From the NCBI GenBank assembly GCA_963820525.1, contig CAWGAA010000001.1:1280001-1344000 (forward strand): a stretch of 64,000 nucleotides of DNA. The letters run 5' to 3'. The notes under the pieces are model-generated. The model saw only the letters and a program-made list of their open reading frames with translations, did not search any database and was not told where the DNA came from. A program made the position numbers and the translations under genes. The stretch comes from an uncultured Spirochaetota bacterium (lineage in GTDB: Bacteria; Spirochaetota; Spirochaetia; SZUA-6; Fen-1364). This document shows positions 51,228 through 64,000 of the stretch, piece by piece (position 1 is the first letter of the stretch; every line of letters begins with the position of its first letter).

Positions 51228-52826
51228 TCAGCCGCGGGCCAGCGCCTGGAGGTCGAAGCCGGTGTCGGAGAGCTTTTCAGCCGGCACGGGGATCCGCCTG
51301 CGGAACAGCTCCTCGATGGCGCTGATGTCGTTGGCAAGCCCAACACCCGCCGCCGCTTTGAGCGCCCCCCTGACGTAGAAGCCGGCGATGAACTTGCCGC
51401 CCTCCACGTCGCCGCGATAGACAATCTTGTCCCACTCGCGCACATAGCCGACGTACTTCACGCCGATCCCCGTCTGGCGTGTCCAGAAGAACTGCGCCTC
51501 CCGGTATGGCTCCTGAGAGCCCAACATGGCACGGGCCGCGTGACAGCCCATCCTCTCGGCAGCCACCCAGTGTTCCACCCGCTGCCCGTCCACGCTGTTG
51601 GCGAGCTCTTCCCCGTTTCCGTTTGTGCCCAGAGGATCGGGAATCAAGGCGATGTCTCCCGCGGCGAATACATCCGGGATCCTGGTCTGGAGCCGAGCAT
51701 TCACCGGAATCACCCCGCCCAGAACGAGCTCCGTTCCGCTGATGTATTCCACGGCGGGCTGCACGCCTAGCCCGAAGACCACGAAGTCCGGCGTCACGCG
51801 GCTTCCGTCGGAGAGCACGAGGACCTTGGCACCCTTCTCTTCGGCGATCCGCGTCACCGTCTTTCCCAGGTGCAGCACCGCGCCGTTGTCCTCATGGCGC
51901 TTCTTGAGCAAGGCCGCGATACGGTCTCCCAGCACGCGCGCCAGGGGGAGAGACTCGGGTGAAATAACGGTGACGGAGAGCCCCCTCTCACGAAGCGAGC
52001 TCGCCAGCTCCATGCCGATGAACCCGGCACCAATGAGGGCCGCGCTCTTCGCCGTTGAGGCGGCTTGTTCGATGGCTCTCGCGTCCGCGAGGCTCCGCAG
52101 GCTGAAGCAGCAGCCTTCTTTCGCACCTGGAATCGAGAGCTTCCTCGGCGTGCCTCCGGTGGCAAGCAGGGCTTTGTCGAACGACATGACCTTTCCACCC
52201 TCAAAGACGGCCTCTTTCTTCCGCCCGTCGAAAGCCACGACCCGGTGATTGGTCAGGACCTCGATCCCCTGATCCTCGTAGAAAGAGGGGCTCCTCAGGG
52301 GGAGCCACTCCGGCTTGGCCTTGCCGGCCAGGAATTCCTTCGAGAGGTTGGGGCGGTCGTAGGGCTGATCCGCCTCGGAGGTCACCATGACGATGCGGCC
52401 GGCGAATCCCTCCCTCCGCAGGGTCTCGGCCGCGGCGTTTCCCGCGGCCCCGGCTCCCACGATGAGGAAGGTCCGGTTCTCGGACACCTGCACGCGGGGA
52501 TGCTTCGGTTTCTCCGCCGGGCCGACCCAGACATCCCCCTCCTCCACGCGCACGGGATACAGGGTAAGATCGTTCAGGGCTGGAGGAGAGACCATACGCC
52601 CCGTAGTGACATCCAGGCGCGCGTTATGGCAGCGGCAGACCACGACGCGTCCGAGGAGAAGCCCCTCCTCCAGCTTGCACTGATAGTGAGGGCACTCGTG
52701 CCCCACGGCATGGATCTTTCCGTCCAGGCGCACCAGATAGATCCCCTCCTTGCCGATTGTCACGAGCCGGGGGACGTTTTCCTGCAGATCGCTCTCGGAA
52801 CAGACTTTCTTCCATGAATTGTCCAT
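51228..52826 (-). CDS. Rieske [2Fe-2S] + FAD-dependent oxidoreductase fusion
   Basis: CPHY..CRCH, GAGAAG, PYDRPNLSK, GAGFIGME, AAGD, EHW. Confidence 0.92.
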   Translation of the reverse strand: MDNSWKKVCSESDLQENVPRLVTIGKEGIYLVRLDGKIHAVGHECPHYQCKLEEGLLLGRVVVCRCHNARLDVTTGRMVSPPALNDLTLYPVRVEEGDVWVGPAEKPKHPRVQVSENRTFLIVGAGAAGNAAAETLRREGFAGRIVMVTSEADQPYDRPNLSKEFLAGKAKPEWLPLRSPSFYEDQGIEVLTNHRVVAFDGRKKEAVFEGGKVMSFDKALLATGGTPRKLSIPGAKEGCCFSLRSLADARAIEQAASTAKSAALIGAGFIGMELASSLRERGLSVTVISPESLPLARVLGDRIAALLKKRHEDNGAVLHLGKTVTRIAEEKGAKVLVLSDGSRVTPDFVVFGLGVQPAVEYISGTELVLGGVIPVNARLQTRIPDVFAAGDIALIPDPLGTNGNGEELANSVDGQRVEHWVAAERMGCHAARAMLGSQEPYREAQFFWTRQTGIGVKYVGYVREWDKIVYRGDVEGGKFIAGFYVRGALKAAAGVGLANDISAIEELFRRRIPVPAEKLSDTGFDLQALARG

Positions 52827-52934
52827 GATGGGCCTCCTCCCTGCTATAAGATAGGCCCGCGAGAGGCGGCCGGCAATAATATCGGTGTGCGATAATGCGG
52901 CCGCCGGCCAGGCGCTCGGCGGGCACGCCGGGGA

Positions 52935-55515
<2,581 letters not shown>

Positions 55516-55518
55516 GGC

Positions 55519-57018
55519 TTACAGCGTCTTCTTGAACGCCTTGATCGTCTCCGAGAGGACCTCAGGCTCCGAGAGGGTGCCGAGGTTTCGGATGCCGGCC
55601 AGGATCTCAGGCTTGTCCCGCTTGAGGTGCTCCAGGAACCTGGTCTCGAACTCGCGCACCTTGCTCACGGGGATGTCGTCGATGAATCCCCGCGTGGCGG
55701 CATAGAGGGCCATCACCTGGTCTTCAACCGGCATGGGGGAGAACTGGGTCTGCTTGAGCACTTCAACCAGGCGCGCTCCGCGGGCGAGCTGGTTCTGCGT
55801 GGCCCGGTCCAGCTCCGTTCCCATCTGCGCGAATGCCTCAAGCTCCCGGTACGATGCAAGGTCTATGCGAAGAGACCCCGCAACCTGCTTCATGGCTTTT
55901 ATCTGTGCGTTTCCCCCGACGCGGGAGACCGAGAGGCCGACGTCAATGGCCGGCCTGACTCCCGCGTTGTACAGGTCTGTGCGAAGGTATATCTGGCCGT
56001 CCGTGATAGAGATGACGTTCGTCGGGATATAGGCGGAAACCTCGCCCTCCTGGGTCTCGATCAGGGGGAGCGCCGTGAGCGACCCTCCGCCCAGCTCGTC
56101 GGAGATGCGAGCGGCCCGCTCTAGGAGCCGCGAGTGGAGGTAGAAAACGTCCCCGGGATATGCCTCGCGCCCGGGCGGCCGGCGCAGGAGCAGGGAGAGC
56201 TGGCGGTACGCGTTGGCCTGGCGGGAGAGGTCGTCGTAGACGCAGAGGGTGTGCTTGTGCTCCTGGTACATGAAGTGCTCAGCCATGGCGCATCCGGCGT
56301 AGGGCGCGATGTAGAGCAGGGCGGCGGGCTCGGCGGCTGTGGCTGCCACCACGATCGTGTGGTCCATGGCGCCGTGCTTTTTGAAATTTTCTATTATACC
56401 CGCAACCATGGAAGCCTTCTGGCCAATGGCCACATAGACGCAGATGACGTCCTTGCCCTTCTGGTTCATGATCGTGTCGATGGCAATGGACTCTTTGCCC
56501 GTGCCGCGGTCCCCGATTATAAGCTCGCGCTGGCCCTTGCCGATGGGCACCATGGCGTCGATCGCCTTGATGCCGGTCTGCAGGGGCTCGCGCACGGACT
56601 GCCGCTCCCTCACGCCCGGGGCCTTGAACTCGACAGGGCGGGTCCGCGAGGAGCTTATGGGCCCCTTTCCATCCAGGGGGATGCCGAGGGGGTTCACGAC
56701 ACGGCCGATGAGCTCCGGGCCGACGGGCACCTCCAGCACCCTTCCCGTGCGCTTCACCCTTCCGCCTTCGCGCAGGCCCGTGTACTCGCCCAGGATGACG
56801 GCGCCGACGTTGTCCTCCTCGAGGTTCAGCGCAAGGCCGAAGGCGCCGCTTTCGAACTCCACCATTTCGTTGGCCATGACATTGCGAAGCCCGTAGATCC
56901 GCGCGATCCCGTCGCCCAGCTCGACGATTGTGCCGATCTCCTCGACGCTCAAGTCCTTGGTGTAGCTCTTGAGCTCCTGCTTGATCCGCGTCGTTATCTC
57001 TTCCAGGTTGATGCGCAT
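55519..57018 (-). CDS. atpA: F-ATP synthase alpha
   Basis: [44 protein letters not shown]. Confidence 0.98.
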   Translation of the reverse strand: MRINLEEITTRIKQELKSYTKDLSVEEIGTIVELGDGIARIYGLRNVMANEMVEFESGAFGLALNLEEDNVGAVILGEYTGLREGGRVKRTGRVLEVPVGPELIGRVVNPLGIPLDGKGPISSSRTRPVEFKAPGVRERQSVREPLQTGIKAIDAMVPIGKGQRELIIGDRGTGKESIAIDTIMNQKGKDVICVYVAIGQKASMVAGIIENFKKHGAMDHTIVVAATAAEPAALLYIAPYAGCAMAEHFMYQEHKHTLCVYDDLSRQANAYRQLSLLLRRPPGREAYPGDVFYLHSRLLERAARISDELGGGSLTALPLIETQEGEVSAYIPTNVISITDGQIYLRTDLYNAGVRPAIDVGLSVSRVGGNAQIKAMKQVAGSLRIDLASYRELEAFAQMGTELDRATQNQLARGARLVEVLKQTQFSPMPVEDQVMALYAATRGFIDDIPVSKVREFETRFLEHLKRDKPEILAGIRNLGTLSEPEVLSETIKAFKKTL

Positions 57019-57033
57019 TGGCACTCCTTGCGA

Positions 57034-57068
57034 GCCGGCTTCGGCGCCCCGTGGGCGCCGAAGCCGGC
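57034..57068. other. Perfect 16-bp hairpin between atpH and atpA
   Basis: GCCGGCTTCGGCGCCC-CGT-GGGCGCCGAAGCCGGC, with no U-tract. Confidence 0.85.
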
Positions 57069-57073
57069 GCTCC

Positions 57074-57637
57074 TCACCTGCTCTCGGATCTTTCCGTGAG
57101 CCTTCCCGCCAGCTCTTTCAGGCGGCCTTCTACGCTGAACTCGATCTCCTGCCCCTCGCATTGGGCAACCACTCCGCCGATGAGCGACGGCCTGGACTGC
57201 AGGTCGAGGATCACATGGCCGCCCAGACGCCGCTCCAGCGCCGTCTTTATCCGCGCGAGCTCCTCCTCGCCGAGAGGAAAGGCGGACCAAACCGTCACGT
57301 CGCGCTCCCCTCGGGCGTGCCGCGCGAGCCTCTGCAACTCCGCCGCGATCTCCGTGAGCAGGCCGGTCCTTCCCCGGTCAACAATGAGGAATAGAAGCGT
57401 GAGCACCCGAGCGTCTATGGCGTCGGAGAATACGGAGCGGATCATCTCTTTCTTCAGCTTTCCCGCGATGATGCGGGAGGAGAGAAAGACCCGAAAGTCC
57501 GCATCCCGTTCGATGGCGTCACGGGCCAGCGCCAGGTCCGCGGCCACGGAGTCGAGGGCCTGGGCCGCGCCCTTTGCTTCCTCGCCCACGAGCTCGAAGA
57601 GGGCGCGGGCGTAGTTCCTCGATACGATACCGGCCAT
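57074..57637 (-). CDS. atpH: F-ATP synthase delta
   Basis: [13 protein letters not shown], operon position. Confidence 0.9.
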   Translation of the reverse strand: MAGIVSRNYARALFELVGEEAKGAAQALDSVAADLALARDAIERDADFRVFLSSRIIAGKLKKEMIRSVFSDAIDARVLTLLFLIVDRGRTGLLTEIAAELQRLARHARGERDVTVWSAFPLGEEELARIKTALERRLGGHVILDLQSRPSLIGGVVAQCEGQEIEFSVEGRLKELAGRLTERSESR

Positions 57638-57649
57638 CCGCTCCCCTTT

Positions 57650-58150
57650 TCAGCCTTTGGAGCCGGCGGTGAGCTTCGAGGCGAACTCCTCCACGAAGGC
57701 CCTATTGTCGGGCCGGCCGGTTTCGCGGCGGAGGATGGCGTCGGCGATGGAGAAGGACAGGGAGACGATCTGGTTCTTGAGCGCGAGCTCGGCCTCCTCG
57801 GAGGCCCGGCGGATCTCCTCGGTGGCCTGCGCGCGCAGGGCCCGGATCTCCTCCTGGGTATTCTTGAGCATCTCCTCCTTCAGGCGTGATGCCTCGGCTC
57901 TTCCCTGCTCGATGATGTGCGCCGCCTCGAGCCTGCCTTCCTTGATGGTCTTATCGTACTCGGCGAGCATCACCACGCCTTTTTCCTTGGCCTGGCGCGC
58001 GGATTCGAGATCCGAAGAGATGCGTTCGGAGCGCTTATCCAGCGCGCCCACGATCCTGTCCCACGCCGTGAAGCGCAGGATCAGGATCACCAGCCCGAAG
58101 GTAATCCACAGCCACAAAACGAGGCCGGGATCCACGCGCAGCAGTACCAT
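57650..58150 (-). CDS. atpF: F-ATP synthase subunit b
   Basis: DPGL..W..ITF..L, TM followed by coiled coil. Confidence 0.92.
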   Translation of the reverse strand: MVLLRVDPGLVLWLWITFGLVILILRFTAWDRIVGALDKRSERISSDLESARQAKEKGVVMLAEYDKTIKEGRLEAAHIIEQGRAEASRLKEEMLKNTQEEIRALRAQATEEIRRASEEAELALKNQIVSLSFSIADAILRRETGRPDNRAFVEEFASKLTAGSKG

Positions 58151-58159
58151 TGGGGTCTC

Positions 58160-58411
58160 CTACATGACGATGGCGAGGATGCAGACGACGAGGGCGATGA
58201 TTCCCACCCCTTCGACGAGGACCGCCGCCAGAAGCATGTTCGTCTGGATCTTGTTGAAAGCCTCGGGCTGCCGGGAGATGCCCTCCAGGGCGGCGGAGCC
58301 GATCTTGCCCAGACCCAGGCCGACGCCCAGGACGGCGAGACCCGCTCCCAGGGTGGCCCCGATGAAAGCTCCGAACTTCATGATTGCCGGCGCAAGGGGG
58401 GTCAAATCCAT
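58160..58411 (-). CDS. atpE: F-ATP synthase subunit c
   Basis: GxGxGxG, RQPE loop, LVEG. Confidence 0.95.
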   Translation of the reverse strand: MDLTPLAPAIMKFGAFIGATLGAGLAVLGVGLGLGKIGSAALEGISRQPEAFNKIQTNMLLAAVLVEGVGIIALVVCILAIVM

Positions 58412-58461
58412 GTCAATGCTCCTTTCGTTGAATCGCATGCCGGCATTCCGCCGGCCGAAAG

Positions 58462-59376
58462 TCAGTGCTTCCTCAGGGCGAGGCCGATGAACAGCGCCGT
58501 GAGGAACGAAAAGATGTATGCCTGGAGGATCGCCACGAAGATCTCCAGGCCCGAGATCGCCAGGTCAACGAGCACGGCCGCGGGGCCAAGCACGAGAGAC
58601 TGAAACTTGATGATCAGGATCAGGATGATGAGGATGGCGACGTGCCCCCCGATCATGTTGGCGAAAAGCCTCATGATCATGGCAAAGGTCTTGGAAAAGG
58701 TTCCCACGATCTCCAAAAGCAGGGTGAAGGGAGCCATCCACACCGGAGTGCCGTGAGGGATCATGTCCTTCCAGTAGCCGAAAGCCCCCTTGGCGCGCAT
58801 GCCGGCCACGTTGAACACCACGAAGGTGATGAGCCCCAGGCCCGCCGTGGTGGCGAGGTTTCCCGTGACGGCCCCGCCCAGCCAGGCCGCCTTCTCCGCC
58901 CCCGGCGGCATGAGCGGGGCGAACGGGGGCACGAGCCCCAGGAGGTTGGAGTACAGGATGAAGAGGAAGAAGCTGAAGCAGAGGATCTGGTACCGCTTTC
59001 CCTCCGGTCCCAGAACCGGCTCGTAGACCTCCTTCCGTAAATACTCCAGGATCGTCTCGAACAGGCTCTGCAGGCGGGTGGGCTTCTTGAAGGGGTCCTT
59101 CAGCTTGTGGGCGAGGTAGAACATGGTGAGGAGGACCAGGAGGGCCACCACCGTCATGAGGATGAAGTGCTTCGTGATCGAGAACGCGAGGGTGAAACCG
59201 CCTACGGAAAGGAGCGGAATCCTGGCGTAGGGGTGTTCAATGTTGTCGGTAAGCTCCTCGAAAAGGACCTGGGAAAGGCTGAACCCCTCTTTGGGTTCCT
59301 CGGCAGGAGCAGCGAAAGCCCGGCCGGGGCCAGCCGCCAGGAGCGCGACGAGAATGAGAACAACCCGTTGCGGCAT
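58462..59376 (-). CDS. atpB: F-ATP synthase subunit a
   Basis: NLLGLVP, MRLFANMIGGH, LQAYIF. Confidence 0.95.
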   Translation of the reverse strand: MPQRVVLILVALLAAGPGRAFAAPAEEPKEGFSLSQVLFEELTDNIEHPYARIPLLSVGGFTLAFSITKHFILMTVVALLVLLTMFYLAHKLKDPFKKPTRLQSLFETILEYLRKEVYEPVLGPEGKRYQILCFSFFLFILYSNLLGLVPPFAPLMPPGAEKAAWLGGAVTGNLATTAGLGLITFVVFNVAGMRAKGAFGYWKDMIPHGTPVWMAPFTLLLEIVGTFSKTFAMIMRLFANMIGGHVAILIILILIIKFQSLVLGPAAVLVDLAISGLEIFVAILQAYIFSFLTALFIGLALRKH

Positions 59377-59522
59377 TCACTCTCATTGTCGAGAAACGGC
59401 AGGGGACTTGTCAAGGGGAACCTCCTGCCGGCCCTTTGCCCGGCGGATCTGCGCCGGCGCGGGAATCCCTCGACAGGGGACCGTTCGGACTTTATACTGT
59501 CGGAAACCGGAAGGAGGCATTC

Positions 59523-60041
59523 ATGGATAGCAGGAGCAGGTCTGCCGTCGCGGGCGGCACAATTCTCATTCTCCTCGGCGTATTCTTTCTCATCATCCGC
59601 ATTGTCCCCGGAATATTCGGCGAGTTCTCCTGGCCGCTCATCATCATCGGGGTGGGCGTGGTCTTCCTCGTCGTGGCCGTGATCACCTGGACCCCCGGGC
59701 TGACCGTGCCCGCCTGCATCATCGGGGGCATCGGGGCCATCCTCTACTGGCAGAACCTGACCGGCCATTGGGAGACCTGGGCGTACGCCTGGACCCTCAT
59801 TCCCGGTTTCGTCGGCGTGGGGGTGTTCCTCTCCGAGCTTCTGGAGGGAAGGCCCATGAAGGCCCTGGTGGACGGGGGCTGGCCCATCCTGGTGAGCCTC
59901 GTTTTGTTCTTCATCTTCGGCTACTTCCTGGGAAACCTTCCCTGGCTCGGGGCGTACTGGGCGGTCCTGCTCATCGTGGTCGGGGTGCTCATCATCCTGC
60001 GTCCCCTGCTCGGGATCGGAAAGAAAAAGGGAGATCAATGA
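59523..60041 (+). CDS. Membrane protein (LiaF/DUF5668-like WP repeats)
   Basis: Repeated WPLIIIG.G-type TM motifs. AGGAGG RBS. Confidence 0.75.
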   Translation: MDSRSRSAVAGGTILILLGVFFLIIRIVPGIFGEFSWPLIIIGVGVVFLVVAVITWTPGLTVPACIIGGIGAILYWQNLTGHWETWAYAWTLIPGFVGVGVFLSELLEGRPMKALVDGGWPILVSLVLFFIFGYFLGNLPWLGAYWAVLLIVVGVLIILRPLLGIGKKKGDQ

Positions 60042-60042
60042 C

Positions 60043-60867
60043 ATGAGAAGGTGGAACTTCATAATCGGAGCGGTGCTCGTCGTCCTGGGCGGCCTGCTCC
60101 TGCTGCAGCTCGCCATCAACGCAATGGGAATCGCTTTCCACATCATGTGGATTTTCTGGCCTCTCATCCTCATCGGCCTCGGCGTCTGGATCATCCAGGG
60201 CTTTACGTGGGGAGGCTGGAAGAGCGGGGAGGTTGCCCGCGAGGACGCCTCCATCCCCCTGGACGGGGCTTCCGAGGCTTCCGTGCGGGTTCAGCACGGC
60301 GCCGGGAGGCTCACCGTCGGCTCGGGCACGGCGCCGGACCAGCTCCTCACCGGGAGCTTCGGCGGCGGGCTTGAAAGCTCAACCTCGCGAGCAAACGGCA
60401 GACTTTCCGTGGAGATGCGGATCAAGGAGCGCGATGTCTCCCGCTTCTTCAGAAGCTGGACCCGCGGCCGATACGGCCTCCTGGACTGGGACTTCCGCCT
60501 CAATTCCACCGTTCCCCTTTCCCTCACCTTCGAGACAGGCGCCAACGAGTCGCGCCTCACCCTCACGGACCTCCAGGTGCGCGAGCTGCGGCTGAAGACC
60601 GGGGCAAGCTCCACCACCATCGACCTTCCCGCCCGAACGCCGCACACGCGCCTGTCCATAGACTCGGGGGCGGCGGCGGTGCGCATCCGCGTTCCCTCCG
60701 GGGTCGCCGCCCAGGTGCGGGTAAACTCGGCCCTATCCGGGGTCCACGTGAACGCGGCCAGATTCCCCAGGGCTGGAGACGTTTACCGCTCTGCGGACTG
60801 GGATTCGGCACAATATAAGGTAGAGATCTCTGTAGAAACCGGGGTGGGCTCCATCGACGTGAGCTGA
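60043..60867 (+). CDS. LiaF-like membrane protein with beta-repeat C-terminus
   Basis: N-terminal TM FWPLILIGLG. Repeated GA-x-x-x-I/L beta motifs. Confidence 0.7.
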   Translation: MRRWNFIIGAVLVVLGGLLLLQLAINAMGIAFHIMWIFWPLILIGLGVWIIQGFTWGGWKSGEVAREDASIPLDGASEASVRVQHGAGRLTVGSGTAPDQLLTGSFGGGLESSTSRANGRLSVEMRIKERDVSRFFRSWTRGRYGLLDWDFRLNSTVPLSLTFETGANESRLTLTDLQVRELRLKTGASSTTIDLPARTPHTRLSIDSGAAAVRIRVPSGVAAQVRVNSALSGVHVNAARFPRAGDVYRSADWDSAQYKVEISVETGVGSIDVS

Positions 60868-60874
60868 ACCTGAA

Positions 60875-61128
60875 GGGACGCGGCGGCGCGCTCAGTGCCA
60901 CTGGACGTCGCGGCCGAGTGAAGCAGGCGGCACGGCCGGGCGAAGCGCGGCGCGGCTGTGCCTATACGGCGGCCTGTGCCCACCCGGCGCCGCGGCCGAT
61001 CGGGGTTCTGGAGCCGCTGGCGCGCTTTAAAGCGCCACGCAGCATTGTCGCTGCCGCTCGCCGGCACTCAGTGCGCCCCGCGGCAATCCCCGGCGCGTTG
61101 CCATCGTCGCCACGGTCCGCCGCGTGCT
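60875..61128. repeat. GC-rich palindromic intergenic region related to the REP-like unit
   Basis: GGCACGGCCG-GGCGAAGCG-CGGCGCGGCTGTGCC shares GCGAAGCGCG.C.CGGC with the reverse complement of the 43.3-kb repeat. Confidence 0.5.
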
Positions 61129-63435
61129 TTAGCGCCCTTCGACCCCGATCTTCTCCGCGAATATCCCCGCCCCCCTCTGCGATTCCCCATCGAGGTAGGC
61201 ATGCAGATACCGTCCCCCGCATACCTTCGGCACGTGGATCAGATGCACGATATCCGCGTACTCCTCGAGTGAAGGGTCCAGCGCAGAAATGGAGTTGGGT
61301 GAGCCCAGCAGGAAGCCCTCGCTCAGATAGCTTCCCGGGTTGTCGGGGTACAGCGGCATTACCGCAATGTCCGCCTCCACCAGGTCCTGGAAGAAGTGGG
61401 TGCCGTAGGAGACCTCCGGTGTGTAGCCGTCTCGGGCAAAGGAGATCTCCACCAGGAGCTTCGTGTTGTTGATGTCGGCGTAGCTCACACGCACGCCAAG
61501 GTTGATGTCATTGCTTCCCCAGCGGCCGGGGCCCAGGAGCGCGAAGCGCTTTCCCCCGAGCCTCTGGTTGAGCTGCCCCACGGCCCAGCCGACCTTCGCC
61601 TTCTGCTCGAAGCTTTCCAGCCTGTCGTACGCTCGCGGATCCACGTAGAGGATGTACTCGATGTTCGTCACCAGGCCGCTCGATATCTCGTCCGATGCGA
61701 TGAAGAGGGTGTCATCCTTGGACACATCGGCCGGCACATTCACTGCCTCGATCTCGCGACGCGTGGAGAGCGATCGGCACTGGAGGATGTACAGCCTGCC
61801 GTCGTCCCAGGCGAACTCGATGTCGATGGGTCGTCCGTAAGCGGCCTGCACCGTGGAGAGCGACTTTCCTCGCGAGGTGGACGAAGGGCGACTTTGCGAG
61901 GAAGTTCTCGAACGTCAGGCACAGCCTGCCGTTGGACATGTCCTGGGTCTTGAATTGGGGAGCTGAGAGCTCGCCGTCCTTCATAACGGAGGCGGCAAGC
62001 GGGAGATCCGGGTGGCCCGTTTCCCGAGCCAGCGTGGCGAAATCAACGGTCTCGAAGGCGCCCGTTCCAAGGTTGATGGCATCCACCATCTTCTGAGAGT
62101 AGCGGCAGACCTGCTCCGGGGTGGCCTCGGGGCGAAGGAGCGGCTGGCCCAGGGGGATCATCCGCGGGTAGTCCCCCCCCACCCTGTCGACTGCGCGGGT
62201 GCCCAGGCCCAGGACCAGGCGCACCAGGCCGTCGCTCTTCTTGATCCTCCGGTTCCATGTATAGGGGTTGGTGGAGAACATCACCCCCGAGGCAAAGGGC
62301 AGGAAGTGATCGCCAAACCTCCGTCCGACGACCTTCTGCACGATCACGGCCATCTTCTCGTTGTAGTCCAGGAGGCCGTGGTCCCTGCGGTAGAGGATGG
62401 GATCGGGTCCGTAGATGCTGGCGAACACCTGCTTGACGGCGCGGATGAAGGCGATCAGGCGGCTCTTCACGTCTCCCTGGTTGGCCAGGAACACGGACTG
62501 GTACTTGCCGGAGAAGGCAAGGCCGAAGCTGTCCTCCAGGTAGCTGGAGGAGCGCACGATGATGGGGTGCTCGCCGATCTCCTCGATGAGCTTGCGAAAC
62601 TCCCCCAGGACGTCGGGGGGAAAGATGCCACTTCGAACATTCCCCCGATCCGCTGGCACTCCTCCTCGATCGCCTCTCTATCCTTGTACTTGTGGGTATG
62701 GGCGAAGAAGAATTTGTTCCTGTTGATGAAATCCGAGAAGACCCCGGAGGTGATGTACCAGGTGTCCGGCACCGCGATGTACTTCTGAAAATCGGGGTCC
62801 GGGGCGCTCAAGATGGGAAGGAGAATCCGCTGGGCAACAATCATCCCCGCGGACTTGCCGCCCAGCATGCCATGATACGCGATGTGGCCGATTGCGTGGA
62901 GCAGGATGTCGTAGATGTCCCTGATGGTGACGAAGTTTTTTGCGATGCCGACAAAGGGAAGCTGGTTGGAGAGGTAATAGGAGATGAGGGAGACGCGGAT
63001 CCCCTCGGCCTCTTCAGGCGAGATGTAGACCTCTCCCTTGGGAATGTCGCAGAACTCCTTCAAGGCTTTGAAGATCGTTTCAGCCGTGGCGCGGTCGCTG
63101 TTCACCACGTGGCCCAGCTCCTGGCACTTGTCCCGCTTTCTCACCAGGTTGATATAGTTTTCGATCTCCTCGGGCTGAAGCGAGCCCGAAAAAAACAGGT
63201 CGATTGCCGTCTCGAAGTACTCGGCGCGGGTTTCAGCCGAGTCAGGCGCGCCGTCTTCCCGCCTCCAGGCCTCAGCAAGCTCAGCCAGCCCTTCCCGTGT
63301 GACGATCCCCCGCTCCACCAGCACCTGGAGGAAAAGCTCCCTCATCGGGCCCAGGAGCGTGGGGTAGTGCGAGATCTTTCTATAGAGGCTGTACGCCTTG
63401 ACGAGGTTGAGGTTTCCCGGAAGGGAAAAAGGCAC
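61129..63435 (-). CDS. PEP/pyruvate-binding (PPDK/PEP-synthase N-terminal ATP-grasp) domain protein; frameshifts near 62620 and 61860
   Basis: GGKSAGM, VRSSSYLEDSFG.AFSGKY.S, MAVIVQ, GLGTRAV, DIEFAW..ILQCR, GPGRWGS, SYGTHFFQDL. Confidence 0.85.
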
Positions 63436-63446
63436 TCGTGCCCCTC

Positions 63447-64000
63447 CTATACCCAGCCCCTTGCCTTGCAGGCCTCTGCCACCCTGCTCACGGCGACAAG
63501 GTACGCGGCGTCGCGCATTTTCACCTTCTGGCTCTCGTGCATCGCATATACCGCCTCGAACGCCTTGGTCATCTTCTCGTCCAGCCGCTTGTAGACCAGC
63601 GCAAGGTCCCAATAGAAATTATACGCATTCTGCACCTGCTCGAAGTAGGAGACCGTCACACCCCCCGCGTTGGCCAGGAAATCGGGAATGACGAAGACGT
63701 TGTTGGAGGCGAGCACGACGTCGGCCTCGGGCGTCGTGGGCCCGTTTGCAAGCTCGCAGACTATCCGCGCCCGGATGCGCGATGCGTTCTTGTCCGTGAT
63801 CACGTTCTCCAGGGCGGCGGGGAAGAGAACCGTCACATCCAGCTCCAGAAGATTCTCGTTCGAGATCTCCTGGGCGCCGGGGAACCCCTTGAGGCTTCCC
63901 GTCTTGATCTTGTAATCCACGGCGGCCTTCGCGTCGATGCCTTTGGGATTGTAGATCCCGCCCTGGGAGTCCGAGGCCGCCACAAGCTTCAAGCCGAGAA
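63447..64000 (-). CDS. gdhA: Glu/Leu/Phe/Val dehydrogenase, C-terminal part
   Basis: [32 protein letters not shown]. Confidence 0.93.
   Translation of the reverse strand, partial: LGLKLVAASDSQGGIYNPKGIDAKAAVDYKIKTGSLKGFPGAQEISNENLLELDVTVLFPAALENVITDKNASRIRARIVCELANGPTTPEADVVLASNNVFVIPDFLANAGGVTVSYFEQVQNAYNFYWDLALVYKRLDEKMTKAFEAVYAMHESQKVKMRDAAYLVAVSRVAEACKARGWV

Overview
The window has two parts. The first (about 1-22,900) is a visibly lower-GC accessory/defence island riddled with IS elements. It holds the end of a UvrD-like helicase, a PLD-nuclease remnant, and a Mre11/SbcD-like nuclease plus a membrane-segment Rad50/YhaN-like ATPase lying directly downstream of the C-terminal PIWI remnant of a prokaryotic Argonaute. 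Next comes a four-layer IS nest (IS91-like < IS110 with a candidate bridge-RNA end < IS3 < IS200). Beyond it are a PD-(D/E)XK protein, GGCT, DUF2779, a HEPN-motif gene split by an intact IS66, FRG, an ImmA/IrrE-like peptidase, TcmP + DUF5131 radical SAM, an IS21/IS630 chimeric transposase, and a full IS91-like element abutting a truncated sirtuin. The second part (about 23,000-64,000) is high-GC backbone: P-type ATPase, a Fur/PerR-DPSL-cytb5-ferritin cluster, HicAB, sirtuin, threonine aldolase, RecD2, fucose isomerase and sugar oxidoreductases, truD, ald, Mn-PPase, a complete atpBEFHAGDC operon, a PEP/pyruvate-binding protein and gdh. Many single-base frameshifts in housekeeping genes suggest assembly indel errors. 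The best candidate for a new system is the probably catalytically inactive Argonaute coupled to a Mre11-Rad50-like pair. All family calls come from motif recognition by eye; no database search was run.
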